A model generated the notes under the pieces. The model saw only the letters and a list, made by a program, of their open reading frames with translations, did no database searches and was not told where the DNA came from. Shown here piece by piece: positions 39,214 to 49,745 of a stretch of DNA of 64,000 nt. The stretch is taken from the IMG/VR virus record IMGVR_UViG_3300042922_000643, positions 124,001-188,000 of that record, one strand, 5' to 3'. Position numbers and translations under genes: made by a program. How positions within the stretch are numbered: the first letter of the stretch is position 1; every line of letters begins with the position of its first letter.

Positions 39214-40767
39214 CTACTCATAAATGTCTGTGAGATCTCTTGTGAAGTAATCAGGGTATGTTTCGACATCCTCACCCTTAACAGTAACAAGTGGCTTAGC
39301 ATATCCACGCTGAGTCAATCCATACAGTTGGTCTTTCCAAGGCTGAATACGGCTTTTGAATACCGAGACGTAAGGCGTAAGATCTACATCAGCACTTTCT
39401 CCAATACTAAGGTCAGCCAATGTACGGGAAGAGCCCATATCTGAAGATTTCTCCATCAAAAGATTAACCAGCAAATCATAATCTGTTTGAGTTCGTACAT
39501 ATTCTGCGAGATAGCGAGGAGGATCAGCGAAGAAAGCTTCTTCATCTGTCGGTGCCTGGACTGTGATTACGATATCTCTAGCAGTAATACTAGCGTCTCT
39601 CATATACTGATAAAGGGCTTTATCATTTAGGCTACTAACAAAGCCTTTGATATCGCCACGGATTCTTTCAGGGTCACCATAAAGAGGACTATAAACGGAT
39701 GTGAAAGAAAACGCATATGCTTCGCCTAGCAACTGCCCTGAAGCGCTCTTAATACTTTCCCGAAGGATAATTGTAAACTCCTGATTATCAATGAACAGAG
39801 TCGGATCTACTATTAAAGATAGAAGGTTCGGATAATCTGTTGCTTCGATAGTATAGGGGACAGCATTAGAAGGACCATAGGTAGTCATCAAGTCAATGAA
39901 TGATAGTTGTGACGGAGCTTTCTTATTTAAAATGTAGAGGCTTTGTGGGTTGAATGTTGATAGGTCTATCGGGGAGGTGAACAGAACCTTAATACTAGAT
40001 GGTTTGATATGAACATCACCGTTTTTCGGGAATGTTTCTAAGATATCAAACATCGTATCATCGCCGCCGCCAGATCCTCCAGGAATCTCTACGACCTCTT
40101 CTTCAATAACAATCTGCAAAGACGCCCATGCTCCATTATTATCCTCAGAAACCCCGCGGACATAGATATAGTAACTACCTGGATCTAAATCTTTTCTGGC
40201 TTTGACTGAGGTCTGTGTAATACGACCAATTGTATCCGTAGCTAATGGCCATACTACAGAACCAGGATCTTGATCAGGATCTAAATTAGTTAGACTGATA
40301 TAGACCTGATAGTAAGGAATTTTCCCTAGATCATAGATATCTGGTTGCAACCATTGGATTTGAAGATGGTCTTTCTTTTGCTCAGCGGCAAGATTCTTAG
40401 GAGCAGTAATAAGCACATCCTGTGTAGTTGTAAACACATACTCTCTGGAGGCAGCGAGCGTTGTGCCAATAGAACTCTTAATCCCCTGCGTTCCTCCCAG
40501 TGCAGTTAGCCGATAAGATGTTCCCTTTTGAAGAGGGGCATTTGGCTGAACATGAGCAAGTCTTTCTACCCTGCTATAGGTAACTGTTACTGGAATAGAT
40601 TCACCGTTTACTTCATGAAGAAATAATGTTCCTGAACTGATTGTATTGATGTCCATATCCATAACAAATCGAACAGTCATCCCTTGATTGATAGGAACAC
40701 TTTTCTCTTTATTAGCAGGACTAACCTCTACAATTAGGAACCCGTTGTTGTACATCTTAACCTTCAC
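39214..40767 (-). CDS. Neck/adaptor protein with two Ig-like and one FN3-like domain
   Basis: VSPANKEKSVPIN...PLQKGTSYRL...FTT; APKNLAAE...YYIYVRG; TFPKNGDVHI...FSFTS; helical adaptor-like C-terminus. Confidence 0.65.
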   Translation of the reverse strand: MKVKMYNNGFLIVEVSPANKEKSVPINQGMTVRFVMDMDINTISSGTLFLHEVNGESIPVTVTYSRVERLAHVQPNAPLQKGTSYRLTALGGTQGIKSSIGTTLAASREYVFTTTQDVLITAPKNLAAEQKKDHLQIQWLQPDIYDLGKIPYYQVYISLTNLDPDQDPGSVVWPLATDTIGRITQTSVKARKDLDPGSYYIYVRGVSEDNNGAWASLQIVIEEEVVEIPGGSGGGDDTMFDILETFPKNGDVHIKPSSIKVLFTSPIDLSTFNPQSLYILNKKAPSQLSFIDLMTTYGPSNAVPYTIEATDYPNLLSLIVDPTLFIDNQEFTIILRESIKSASGQLLGEAYAFSFTSVYSPLYGDPERIRGDIKGFVSSLNDKALYQYMRDASITARDIVITVQAPTDEEAFFADPPRYLAEYVRTQTDYDLLVNLLMEKSSDMGSSRTLADLSIGESADVDLTPYVSVFKSRIQPWKDQLYGLTQRGYAKPLVTVKGEDVETYPDYFTRDLTDIYE

Positions 40768-40806
40768 CTCCTAGATTAAGGAATAGGCGGATTTCTCCGC
40801 CTGTTA

Positions 40807-41130
40807 TTATTTCTTCTTTGCAGTTTTAGCTTTTGGAGCTGCAACTTCTTCTGCCTGGACATTCTCAGCTACAGTTTCTCCAGCAATCTCAGGCTCTTGA
40901 ACAGCGGCCTGGACTACCTCAACTTTTTTCTCTGTAGGAGCAGGGATTTCGCCTTCTAAGAGAATAAGGATATTCATACGAAGAGCATTACGAACACCAT
41001 CAAGATTTAGCTCATTGCTAACATCATAAGTGATAATCTCGCCGTACCTTCCTTTTTGAAAAACAAGACCACTCACCGCGTCTTCATATTTCCCATCATT
41101 AAAGAATGGGGAAAGTGCTACCTTCAACAT
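40807..41130 (-). CDS. Small head-associated protein
   Basis: 107-aa ORF with RBS after the capsid gene; acidic/Ala/Lys-rich tail. Confidence 0.55.
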   Translation of the reverse strand: MLKVALSPFFNDGKYEDAVSGLVFQKGRYGEIITYDVSNELNLDGVRNALRMNILILLEGEIPAPTEKKVEVVQAAVQEPEIAGETVAENVQAEEVAAPKAKTAKKK

Positions 41131-41205
41131 TGATTTTCCTCCTTATTTAGAACAGAAAGCCCCCACATAAAGTGGTGGGCTTCCCGAGGGTATGGGTCAA
41201 ATCTA

Positions 41206-42309
41206 TTAAATTTGATCCTTTTTAGACATCTTAGTAGCGTCAGTGAAGTCACTAGGCAGCGGCATGAGGTCGAATGCACGTTCTGGAGCTGGCCAGGTCT
41301 TTGCATACTTGATGTTACGGGCAACAGCGATACCAAGACCACCATAGAGAATACCTACGCCGTAACGCTCTTTAACCTTCAGCGTCTGGATATCACGAAG
41401 CGGATCATCAAACTGCTCAGTGGAGATTTCGTCTTTTACCACGATAACCCCAATGTTATTACGGTCAATGACATAGAAGTCGAACTTCTTGTCAGCTTGA
41501 TGGAAGCCGATGAATGGCGAGAAGATGATATTCAGGCCAAGAGAGTTGTTGGCATTGTACTCACGAGGATCTTTGAAGTACTGACCTTGGCCGAAAGCAG
41601 CGATGTCGTTCTGACCGAGCATAGCGTTTTTAGCGAACAATGCCCAGCACAGAGGGTGCATGATGATATCGGTAGGTGTAAAACCTGCGGACATGATGGA
41701 AACCGCCATGTCAACCATATCTTCAGCAGTCATAGTACCGTTGAATTCACCAGAGAAGCCGCGGCCTGTCGGATAACCGTCATCACCAGGAGCATATTTA
41801 TCAGCATCGAATACTACGTGACCATGTTTGTTGAACTCTTCGAAGATAATTTCTTCTTTCAAACGAGCCATTGCACGGCCAGCAGCACGCAAGTGAAGTC
41901 CAATTACGTCCCATTGGGAGTCAGCGATCATTTCGTCAGTAATAGGCACTTTCAAACCGTATTTCTTGACTTTAACATCTACCGACTGTGCAATACCTTG
42001 TCCTGTCAGGTTCAACAGCTGATCTCTGTATTCTTGACCTTCGCCAACTTCGAACGCCCGTACAGCACCAAAGTGCATAAACTCAATGGAGCGTCCTTCA
42101 TTCAGCTGGACCTGCTGGAAGAACTGGGAAGCCAAGTACAACGGCTCAGCAGCTTCAACAACAACCTGCGAAATGACTTTCGGGATGAGCAAGTTAGCAT
42201 CGGCAGTAGTCAGTGCCTCTGTAACTGTTACACGAGATTCACGATCTCTCCGACCTTCGAAGCTCATCATTTTTGTATATTTTTCTTGCAGTTCAAGAGC
42301 AGTCGTCAT
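41206..42309 (-). CDS. Major capsid protein (HK97-type)
   Basis: EALTTADANLLIPKVI, VGEGQEY, KYGLKVPITDEMIADSQWD, QTLKVKERYG; strong codon bias. Confidence 0.85.
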   Translation of the reverse strand: MTTALELQEKYTKMMSFEGRRDRESRVTVTEALTTADANLLIPKVISQVVVEAAEPLYLASQFFQQVQLNEGRSIEFMHFGAVRAFEVGEGQEYRDQLLNLTGQGIAQSVDVKVKKYGLKVPITDEMIADSQWDVIGLHLRAAGRAMARLKEEIIFEEFNKHGHVVFDADKYAPGDDGYPTGRGFSGEFNGTMTAEDMVDMAVSIMSAGFTPTDIIMHPLCWALFAKNAMLGQNDIAAFGQGQYFKDPREYNANNSLGLNIIFSPFIGFHQADKKFDFYVIDRNNIGVIVVKDEISTEQFDDPLRDIQTLKVKERYGVGILYGGLGIAVARNIKYAKTWPAPERAFDLMPLPSDFTDATKMSKKDQI

Positions 42310-42376
42310 TAGTATGAGTCCTCCTTCATATTTATATGGTGGGGAGGTCTCCCTCCCTCACCATGAGGTTTGTTAA

Positions 42377-43681
42377 TTAGCGTTGCAGCAAGATGCGCAC
42401 GGCACCTACGGAACCAGCATAATCCCACTCTGTAGGAATGCCTGCGACAGGATCTACAACCAGCTTGGCATCAACAGTAACTGCATTCACAGTCACGCCT
42501 GCTTCCAAGTAGAGAACTACCAGGTTGTTCGTGTAGTCAATATGTACGTCGCTAGCGGATACGGCAACGCCGTCTGCTTTTACAACAACAGGATTATCTT
42601 CAACACGGTCGATTGGATGACGAAGCTTGATGAACAAAGCGTTGTTGCGAGTATCGGCGGAAACTTTCGCGCCCTTATCTACAACATTGTTAGCCGATGG
42701 AGTGAATGTACCCGTTACATCATGACCGAAAGTAATGCCACCGCTAAAGATAACGGACTCAACATGACCATCGTTGTTCGTAGATGCATTGTAGATATCA
42801 TCCATAGCAATACCAGTTACGACTTGTTTAGCCTTGAAGTAACCGTCTGTCAGGAATGGAATACCGCGGTTGATTACTGGGTTCAGCAATTTCTCGAAGT
42901 CAGTTTTCCAGCCGTGCAGTTTCCAAGGGTAACCGAATGGATATGCTCCAGCATCACCAGTACCACCAGCAGGAGCAAGTGGATCATTAGGATACGAAGG
43001 GGCCGATGTGCCATTCTTACCTGGGGATGGAGCGTAAGAGCTGTCTTTGATGAAGGCTTCAAGTTCATCAATTTTCAGATCCATGAAGTAGGCCAGCAAA
43101 CCAGCAGGTGGCAATTCTTTTTCTACGGCCCATACTTGACCGATGATCTGGAATGCGTTGTCAGCAGTTGTGTCCAGCTTCGTAAAGTTACCATTTGCGC
43201 CTACTTTAACGTAGTCACCTGGTTTCAATGCCCCAGCAGTACCATAAGCTGCACCGAATTTCATTGCATCTGCAAAGCCTTGAGCAGTAGACAAGGTTGC
43301 GTGTTCGAACAATGGAACTTCGATATAGTTACGGGTAATAACTGTAGCTGCGTTACCAGAGAAACGGTCACGTTTGCGTTCGTACAAGTTGTGATGGTTG
43401 ACACCAACAGCAGCCTTGGAGTCAGCAGCAGCTTGTTTTACAGTCAATACTTTGTAGCCAGTTTCGTAATCGAATTCAGGTTCGCCAAGTTCTACGACTT
43501 TACCTTTTGCGATAACAACGTTCTGATTACCTTCTGGTCCGTAAGCATAGTTGAATTTAACGCCTTCAGACTTTGCTGGAATCATTTTCTCCGAAGGGGC
43601 GACACCCTCGGATACGACGAGACCCGTATGAGTCTTGCCTTTGAAATACATATCGCCTGTTGTACCAGGGAATAATGGCAT
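42377..43681 (-). CDS. Head decoration/cement protein
   Basis: Between protease and MCP; strong codon bias; ALKPGDYVKVGANGNF..IIGQV beta-tulip-like pattern. Confidence 0.6.
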   Translation of the reverse strand: MPLFPGTTGDMYFKGKTHTGLVVSEGVAPSEKMIPAKSEGVKFNYAYGPEGNQNVVIAKGKVVELGEPEFDYETGYKVLTVKQAAADSKAAVGVNHHNLYERKRDRFSGNAATVITRNYIEVPLFEHATLSTAQGFADAMKFGAAYGTAGALKPGDYVKVGANGNFTKLDTTADNAFQIIGQVWAVEKELPPAGLLAYFMDLKIDELEAFIKDSSYAPSPGKNGTSAPSYPNDPLAPAGGTGDAGAYPFGYPWKLHGWKTDFEKLLNPVINRGIPFLTDGYFKAKQVVTGIAMDDIYNASTNNDGHVESVIFSGGITFGHDVTGTFTPSANNVVDKGAKVSADTRNNALFIKLRHPIDRVEDNPVVVKADGVAVSASDVHIDYTNNLVVLYLEAGVTVNAVTVDAKLVVDPVAGIPTEWDYAGSVGAVRILLQR

Positions 43682-43710
43682 GAGTATATATCCTCCTCTA
43701 GATAATTGAT

Positions 43711-45126
43711 TTATTTCTTTTTGCTAGTAGCCCCACTAAACAAACCTTTTAAAACTTGTTCGTGAGTAACGGGTTCCTTCTTCTTATCCGCCTCAGTAGT
43801 AGCAACTGTACTAGTAGTGACGTTAGATTCCTTACCGTCTCCTACAACAGAGACGCCAGGATTAGCGGCTTCAGTGACAACACGCACTGTTGGAGTGTTT
43901 GTAGTCGCTTCAACAAGCAAATCTACTAGAGAGTCAGATAGCGATTCAGTAGTACGACCAACGTGCTGCTCCAAGGCTTCTTCGCGGTTAGAAACCTTAC
44001 CTAGAACCAACTTCAGGTCTACAACGCGCTCAGCCGTAGCTTTGTGCATTTTACTAGACAAATCAGTATTCTGATCTAGCAAAGATTCTCTTTCCGACTC
44101 CAAACCTTTCACAGATTCAGTCAGTGTCACAACTTCAGCTTCAGCAGCTTCTTTAGCTTTGACGGCTTCTGTCAGCTCGGATTCTTTCTGAGCGAGTTCG
44201 GACGTCTTTGTTTCCAGAGCGCTTTTGGCTTCTAGCAATTGGTTATCTACTTCACTCTTTTCAGTAGTAACCTTTTCAAGAGCTTCCGTCAACTGTGTAT
44301 TTTGATTTTTCACACTTTCGAGCTCTTCTTGCATAAGTTTGATCTGTTCTTCAGTCAAAATGTTCAAATCTCCCTTCTCATTAGTTTCTAGTAGCCCCTT
44401 CTCCTTAGCGGATTCAGTAGTTACTAGCCACTCTTTTTTACTTCTGCCGAGGTCGATGATCCCTTCGCCTGTTTGAGCAAACGCCTCAGACATTTGGATT
44501 TCTCCTACATCTGTAACCATTGCATCAGAATCAGCAGGAACGTTTACCCAGCTCAGTTCATCAAACCACACTTGGCCTATGATCCAGTCGCAGACATGAC
44601 CATCATAGACCGCGCCTTTGTCGTGACCACACCATCCTTCATCGATGATGTCAGTACCACAAATGCTACAGGTACAAGAGTCTGTTGTTGCACCAATACT
44701 TACTGTCATCAGACGCCCATCTAGTAGAGCTTGCACAGCGCTTGCTTCTGAGATTTTTGGAACAACGATGATACCTGGCCGACCAGCCTTTGTCTCTTTC
44801 GAGAAGAACGCACTTTGCACGCGTCCAGCAGGAGCGGTTTCAACATCATGGTTGTAAATAACTGGCTTCTGGTAAGGTTGAGTCCAACTATAGATACCAC
44901 TCTTATTCAAAGGATCGCCTTTTAAACGGTCTGCTAGATAGCGAGTGTTATTACGAGTTGTCCCTTCGTGAATTGCTTCAATACGAGGAAGTAAGAACGA
45001 GGCTCCACCTTTAGCGCTCTCTTGAAGTGCTTTGTGATTGCCTTTTAAAACATTCAAGGAGGTGGTGGTAGATTCATTGACCTTTCTGGGATCAATTTCT
45101 AGACCTTTCCACTTTAAAACTTCCAT
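43711..45126 (-). CDS. Prohead protease with C-terminal coiled-coil scaffold
   Basis: KPVIYNHD...GRV, TVSIG, FDELSWVNVPAD; heptad-rich C-terminal half; ATG 45126 after GGAGGTG. Confidence 0.8.
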   Translation of the reverse strand: MEVLKWKGLEIDPRKVNESTTTSLNVLKGNHKALQESAKGGASFLLPRIEAIHEGTTRNNTRYLADRLKGDPLNKSGIYSWTQPYQKPVIYNHDVETAPAGRVQSAFFSKETKAGRPGIIVVPKISEASAVQALLDGRLMTVSIGATTDSCTCSICGTDIIDEGWCGHDKGAVYDGHVCDWIIGQVWFDELSWVNVPADSDAMVTDVGEIQMSEAFAQTGEGIIDLGRSKKEWLVTTESAKEKGLLETNEKGDLNILTEEQIKLMQEELESVKNQNTQLTEALEKVTTEKSEVDNQLLEAKSALETKTSELAQKESELTEAVKAKEAAEAEVVTLTESVKGLESERESLLDQNTDLSSKMHKATAERVVDLKLVLGKVSNREEALEQHVGRTTESLSDSLVDLLVEATTNTPTVRVVTEAANPGVSVVGDGKESNVTTSTVATTEADKKKEPVTHEQVLKGLFSGATSKKK

Positions 45127-45130
45127 TCGG

Positions 45131-47260
45131 TTACACCTCCTCTTCGGACGGATTAACGTATACGGTACATGTGCAGTTCGTATGGTGTGGTGGAATTGCA
45201 TCCATCAAGTCAGGCTGGTTCAATGTGATAGGATGACCTGACTTCTCAAGACATGCTTCACAATTTCCTTCGTGCTTGGTGTAAACAAATTCTTTGTCAC
45301 TATATTTGGCTGCAATCGCGATACCAAAATTGTAGGCTCGGTAGAGCTCGGTGTTCGTAATAAACTGAAGACGATAAGTATTAGAGTTGAAAACACCCAT
45401 AAGCTTAGATAGTTTCTCTGTAGGGCTTTCTTCATTAAGAGCCTTGAAGATTTGAGTCTTCATTTCGTTTACTAGACGATCTACAAAAGAAGCTGTATAT
45501 TTCTTGAGCTTTTCAGCTTCGAAATATGCTTGTCCAAGAGGCGTGCTGCTCTTCAGCTCACGTACACCTTGGTTCAATCCATAATGGAATGATTGAGTAA
45601 CACTCTTTTCAATCTTAGATCGTAAGTTCTGTTTCACAAGCTGGATAACGAATCCTTCGATTCGGCTTTCCGACTCTCCCGTTTTTGCCATTCTCATGAC
45701 ATCATCACGGAATGCAGACCACATACGAAGTAGATCATTGTGTGTGTCAATGATTTTCAATTCAGTTTGAAGATTAACCATTTGAACGGTATCCGTCAAT
45801 ACGTTTTCCAAAATTTCTGCTTTATTCTCCTTACTGGCCTTTGGAGCGGCTTTACTACGCTTCGGTTTGCCTGGAGAACCTTGCGTTCCACTTTGGTTTG
45901 TCGGCTGATCCTTATTGGTTCCTGCACTATTTGCAGCACTTGCAGCATCTTGAGCTGCCTGCGCACTAAGAGCTGCGGTAACCATATTAAAGTATAGTCG
46001 GCCTTCATCGGATACAGGGTCTTGCCCCATACCTGCACGTAGTTCTTCATGAGTAATCGCATTCTGAGTGAAGAGCTGAACAAGATGATTCTCTTTCTTG
46101 ATCTTGGCATCAAGCTCAATTTCAAGGAGATTGAACACAGCTTCATGTTCTTTATTCGCTACAGGGTCATACCCACCTTCAAACAAAAGCTCATTAATAA
46201 TCTCGCGCTGGACTGTATTCCTTAGTACGGATTGGAATTCTTTCGTACCATCGATCATTTCCGCAGTGAGGTTATCTGCTGTTCCTGTAGACACACCACC
46301 GATACCCATTACAACATCGGATACGCCGAGACCAGAGAAAACACGCTGACGGTAGATCTTCATGTACGGTTCCACATTCATAACTGCACTATTACTACTT
46401 ACAACAGTAATATTGTGGCGTTCAGGAACAACGAGTGCCCCATCCATAGGCACACTACGGATTTCGTCACGCAATTCTTCAATTTCTTCAGGTGTTGCTT
46501 CAAATCCTGGCTTATCAAGACCAACCTTATACTGGTAGAGAGGAAACAGATTCCGATAGATCAAACGAGAAACATTATCTTCTACTTGACGAAGCATCTT
46601 AACATCATTAAGAGCAGGCCATACATAAGGTACGCCAAAAGCGCGACCACGCGGTCTTTTATATGCAAAGTGGATAATGTCTTCAGGTTTAAAGTCTATA
46701 GTAGATCCAGTTCCTGCATCTTGCTGATAGGCTGTGATCTTACCTTTTTCATCACGCGAAATCTTGATTGTCCAAGGAGGTAGCACAAAATACCCGTTAA
46801 TCGGCTTCGTACTAGAGTAACCTACAGCCTTAACCCCAGATACGCTAGACGATCCTGATTGTCTCGATTTTACGACGAATGCATTTCCGTACATAACGAT
46901 ATCCTCACAAATCTCTTTTAAGAGGTTGTCGATAGATTGGGAAGTACCTTCTTCAATAAGCTTCAGACGCAGCCATAGATAGTCTGAGATTGCCTCGTCT
47001 TTTGCGGAGACTTCCCAACCTGCTTTCAGCATAAGTTCTGAGTATTTATCAATTGCTCGTTTGACATAAGAGTCCGTATTGTATGCCATCGTAACGATAT
47101 TAAAGTCAACGGGCTGCTCCTCAAAGTCACCGCCGCCACTGCCTTTAATAGGGCTACCTAGTCGTTTGACAGCTACCTTTTTAGGATCTCGCTTTGCGCC
47201 TGAAGCTTCTGTAGAGTAGCCTAGCGCATTTACAATCCTTTGTTTTAACTTGTCGAACAT
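45131..47260 (-). CDS. Portal protein fused to a C-terminal MuF-like domain
   Basis: IVMYGNAFV, IIHFAY...AFGVPYV, GALVVP portal motifs; C-terminal TELYRAYN...CEAC...IPPHHTNCTC. Confidence 0.85.
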   Translation of the reverse strand: MFDKLKQRIVNALGYSTEASGAKRDPKKVAVKRLGSPIKGSGGGDFEEQPVDFNIVTMAYNTDSYVKRAIDKYSELMLKAGWEVSAKDEAISDYLWLRLKLIEEGTSQSIDNLLKEICEDIVMYGNAFVVKSRQSGSSSVSGVKAVGYSSTKPINGYFVLPPWTIKISRDEKGKITAYQQDAGTGSTIDFKPEDIIHFAYKRPRGRAFGVPYVWPALNDVKMLRQVEDNVSRLIYRNLFPLYQYKVGLDKPGFEATPEEIEELRDEIRSVPMDGALVVPERHNITVVSSNSAVMNVEPYMKIYRQRVFSGLGVSDVVMGIGGVSTGTADNLTAEMIDGTKEFQSVLRNTVQREIINELLFEGGYDPVANKEHEAVFNLLEIELDAKIKKENHLVQLFTQNAITHEELRAGMGQDPVSDEGRLYFNMVTAALSAQAAQDAASAANSAGTNKDQPTNQSGTQGSPGKPKRSKAAPKASKENKAEILENVLTDTVQMVNLQTELKIIDTHNDLLRMWSAFRDDVMRMAKTGESESRIEGFVIQLVKQNLRSKIEKSVTQSFHYGLNQGVRELKSSTPLGQAYFEAEKLKKYTASFVDRLVNEMKTQIFKALNEESPTEKLSKLMGVFNSNTYRLQFITNTELYRAYNFGIAIAAKYSDKEFVYTKHEGNCEACLEKSGHPITLNQPDLMDAIPPHHTNCTCTVYVNPSEEEV

Positions 47261-47275
47261 TTTCCTATCACATCC

Positions 47276-48157
47276 CTACATATCGACTCGAATATCTTTG
47301 CGATCTCCTTTGAATTCAAAGCGTACTAGCCCCGTAATGGAAGGAGTTAATGCCTTCATTTCACTATAGCCGCCGTATTCTAAGAAGGAGCCGCACACTG
47401 CAAAGATTCTTCGGTGGGCAACTAGGTTTTCATTTTCTTCATCGAACAGATAGATCAGGTCATCATGCCACATACGTCCGTGTGTGTGTCCTGAGATATA
47501 AAGATCTGCATTAGGTACAATCTTTGCTACTTTTTCAGCAGTATTTGCTCTCGATCCTGAGGTTGCGCCGCCGCCACTGCCATGATAGGCATTGACACGG
47601 TAGGTTTGTGTACCAACATTGAGACGGAAGTAACCCTGATAGCCTACGTATGGAACATTAAGGCGTTCAGCCAGCATTTCCATTGGATTGATACCGATCA
47701 AGTTTGCTACCCGTTCTTCATGGTTACCTGGAAGGATTCCAAGAATTTTACCAGCCTGTGCTAGTGGGCGAAGAATATCTGTCAGAACATTCAACTGTTC
47801 AGGAATATTCATTTCTTCTTCGAACATCGCTGCGCCTACACTGACTTTTGTAGCCGTTTCGCCAAGATCACCATTCAAAATGGTTACACAATTAGGGACA
47901 GAGAGTATGTATTGAACAAATGCTTTAAAGTATGGGATATTACACTGGCGAGATCCAAGATGTACATCGGTAATTGGAACGATAATTAAACCGTCTTTCT
48001 CGAATGCTTCACCGACGAAGTCATATTTGTAAACAAGTTTTCCTTTTCGGACATAAGAATCCCGCACTTGGTAAAACGCTTCTAGTGAATCCTCTGCGGT
48101 GATCGGTTGCAGTCCCATCTTCGCCAAAATTTCTTCCGTCTTCTTCTGAATAGACAT
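47276..48157 (-). CDS. Calcineurin-like metallophosphoesterase
   Basis: DVHLG, NGDLGE, GNHE, HG, GHTH motifs. Confidence 0.9.
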   Translation of the reverse strand: MSIQKKTEEILAKMGLQPITAEDSLEAFYQVRDSYVRKGKLVYKYDFVGEAFEKDGLIIVPITDVHLGSRQCNIPYFKAFVQYILSVPNCVTILNGDLGETATKVSVGAAMFEEEMNIPEQLNVLTDILRPLAQAGKILGILPGNHEERVANLIGINPMEMLAERLNVPYVGYQGYFRLNVGTQTYRVNAYHGSGGGATSGSRANTAEKVAKIVPNADLYISGHTHGRMWHDDLIYLFDEENENLVAHRRIFAVCGSFLEYGGYSEMKALTPSITGLVRFEFKGDRKDIRVDM

Positions 48158-48169
48158 AAAATCCTCCCT

Positions 48170-49594
48170 TTATAACCCCTTATATTTGACAAACTCTTCA
48201 ACCCAACTAGATAACTGGCTATTATTTGGCCATCCCTTTTCTTTCCCGTAGGATATTAGAGACTCAATTATCTGGTAGAGCTGTCTTGCCCCGTCCTTAT
48301 CCACGACTTGCGACAACTTCTGTCGATACAGCTCCGAATCCATATAGTGGATTTTGTGGAAGTCCCCTGATTGTTCGGCGTAGATATTATCCGTCTCTGC
48401 AACACTGTCCATAATGTACGCACCAACCATTTCGAAGGTGGAGTCTTTAGGTGCATCTATTGAATCTAGTAGATCATGGACGCTATTATAGACCTCATTA
48501 CGAAGATGTACGCCCTGAGTCAGGGAGGTGTTTACATTAACTTTGTTTCTGTTACTTGCAATGCCATCAAGATCTGTTTTTGTATTTTGTACCGTATTGA
48601 TTTTCCCATCAATAGAGAGTCTCAATAGTGCCTGTACTTTTCGTAACCCATTTTCGGCAGATTGTCTAGTAATATAAGGAGATAAAATAGAATAAAGAGT
48701 AGAACTTATTTCAGAATCATAGGGTTCATAGCTTGAGAAGTTATTGATTGACGCTACAAGTGACTCTGTATTAGCAGCCTTATACTGTACAAGATCAACG
48801 ACTTCCTTCTTCGTATACAGCTTTCGTTCAATAGAACTTAATATTTTTGCAGATTCTTCGTAAGCATATTCGGCATCGTAATAGTCCGAAGTATCTGGAC
48901 TTGTCATATAAGCTACACGTAGGTCTTCGAAGTTTGCATCGTTTAAATCTTTCGCTGCAATATACTGATCACTTAAAGCTTTTTCAGCGGCCTCGACGAG
49001 TGCGAGTACAGATCCGTTATCAGTCCCAGCTTTCGGAAGGTTTTTGGAATCTACAATCTGTAATAGTAGAGCACTGTTAATGAAGTCTTGCATAGACTGC
49101 CAATCCTGTCCGATAGAGATAATATCTGCATAGAGTTCTCCAGCAATACTACCGTTTACGTCTAGGTAATAGTCGTCAAAGATGTCTTTCAATATATCTC
49201 TAGCTAAAGAATTCTCGCTAAGAATAACCTTTTTATACAAATCAAAAGGAAGCCCATTATTACTGACAGCAACGCCATAGCTTGCGGCAGCTTGTGCTGC
49301 ATCCGTCAGCTTTGCAGTTGGGATCGTAATATAGTCATCCTTTAGCTGGTCATACAGTATTTGTTCAACATCCCGAATCGAATCGATAATTTCCTCTGAC
49401 TTTATCCAAACTTCCACAGTCTCGACGGCCAAAAATGGCGCTTCAACGACAGGAGCTGTAGGGTAGGTATAGCCATTCGGATTAAGAGCGGGTTGCTCAT
49501 ATTGAATCTTAGGTCGATATTGAATTTGATCACGCTCTCGCTGTGTATCAATCCCTGGTCCATTCTTTTCGATAAAGTCCTCCATGAAATTCAC
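48170..49594 (-). CDS. Hypothetical helical, acidic protein (474 aa)
   Basis: Long ORF in operon orientation; no motif recognised. Confidence 0.6.
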   Translation of the reverse strand: MNFMEDFIEKNGPGIDTQRERDQIQYRPKIQYEQPALNPNGYTYPTAPVVEAPFLAVETVEVWIKSEEIIDSIRDVEQILYDQLKDDYITIPTAKLTDAAQAAASYGVAVSNNGLPFDLYKKVILSENSLARDILKDIFDDYYLDVNGSIAGELYADIISIGQDWQSMQDFINSALLLQIVDSKNLPKAGTDNGSVLALVEAAEKALSDQYIAAKDLNDANFEDLRVAYMTSPDTSDYYDAEYAYEESAKILSSIERKLYTKKEVVDLVQYKAANTESLVASINNFSSYEPYDSEISSTLYSILSPYITRQSAENGLRKVQALLRLSIDGKINTVQNTKTDLDGIASNRNKVNVNTSLTQGVHLRNEVYNSVHDLLDSIDAPKDSTFEMVGAYIMDSVAETDNIYAEQSGDFHKIHYMDSELYRQKLSQVVDKDGARQLYQIIESLISYGKEKGWPNNSQLSSWVEEFVKYKGL

Positions 49595-49613
49595 CTGCCC
49601 AATATTATAGTGT

Positions 49614-49740
49614 AAAAAAGCGCAAAGACCCGAGGGAGGGGAGGGGGTTTCCCAGGGGCCTTTGCAAAGGAAAGGGAGGGGAAGAAACTTGCAAGGACGA
49701 ACGCGGCGAGGTAGAGGAAGGAGGGGTTCTCCGTTCTACA
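49614..49740 (-). ncRNA. Candidate ~125-nt small RNA/leader with three C/U-rich (anti-SD-like) tracts
   Basis: Bounded by a sigmaA-type promoter and a GCAAAGGCCC/GGGTCTTTGC stem plus T6. Confidence 0.55.
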
Positions 49741-49745
49741 TTCGC

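Noticed and set aside
41212-43675. Long plus-strand ORFs (366 and 430 aa) mirroring the capsid and decoration genes; likewise 34272-34865 over the tube gene
   Set aside because: They coincide codon-for-codon with highly biased genes that avoid TTA/CTA/TCA, which removes antisense stops; the translations look non-protein-like
49632-49726. Plus-strand G-quadruplex or CsrA-sponge (GGA) reading of the purine-rich tract
   Set aside because: Promoter and terminator both point along the minus strand; no plus-strand promoter seen
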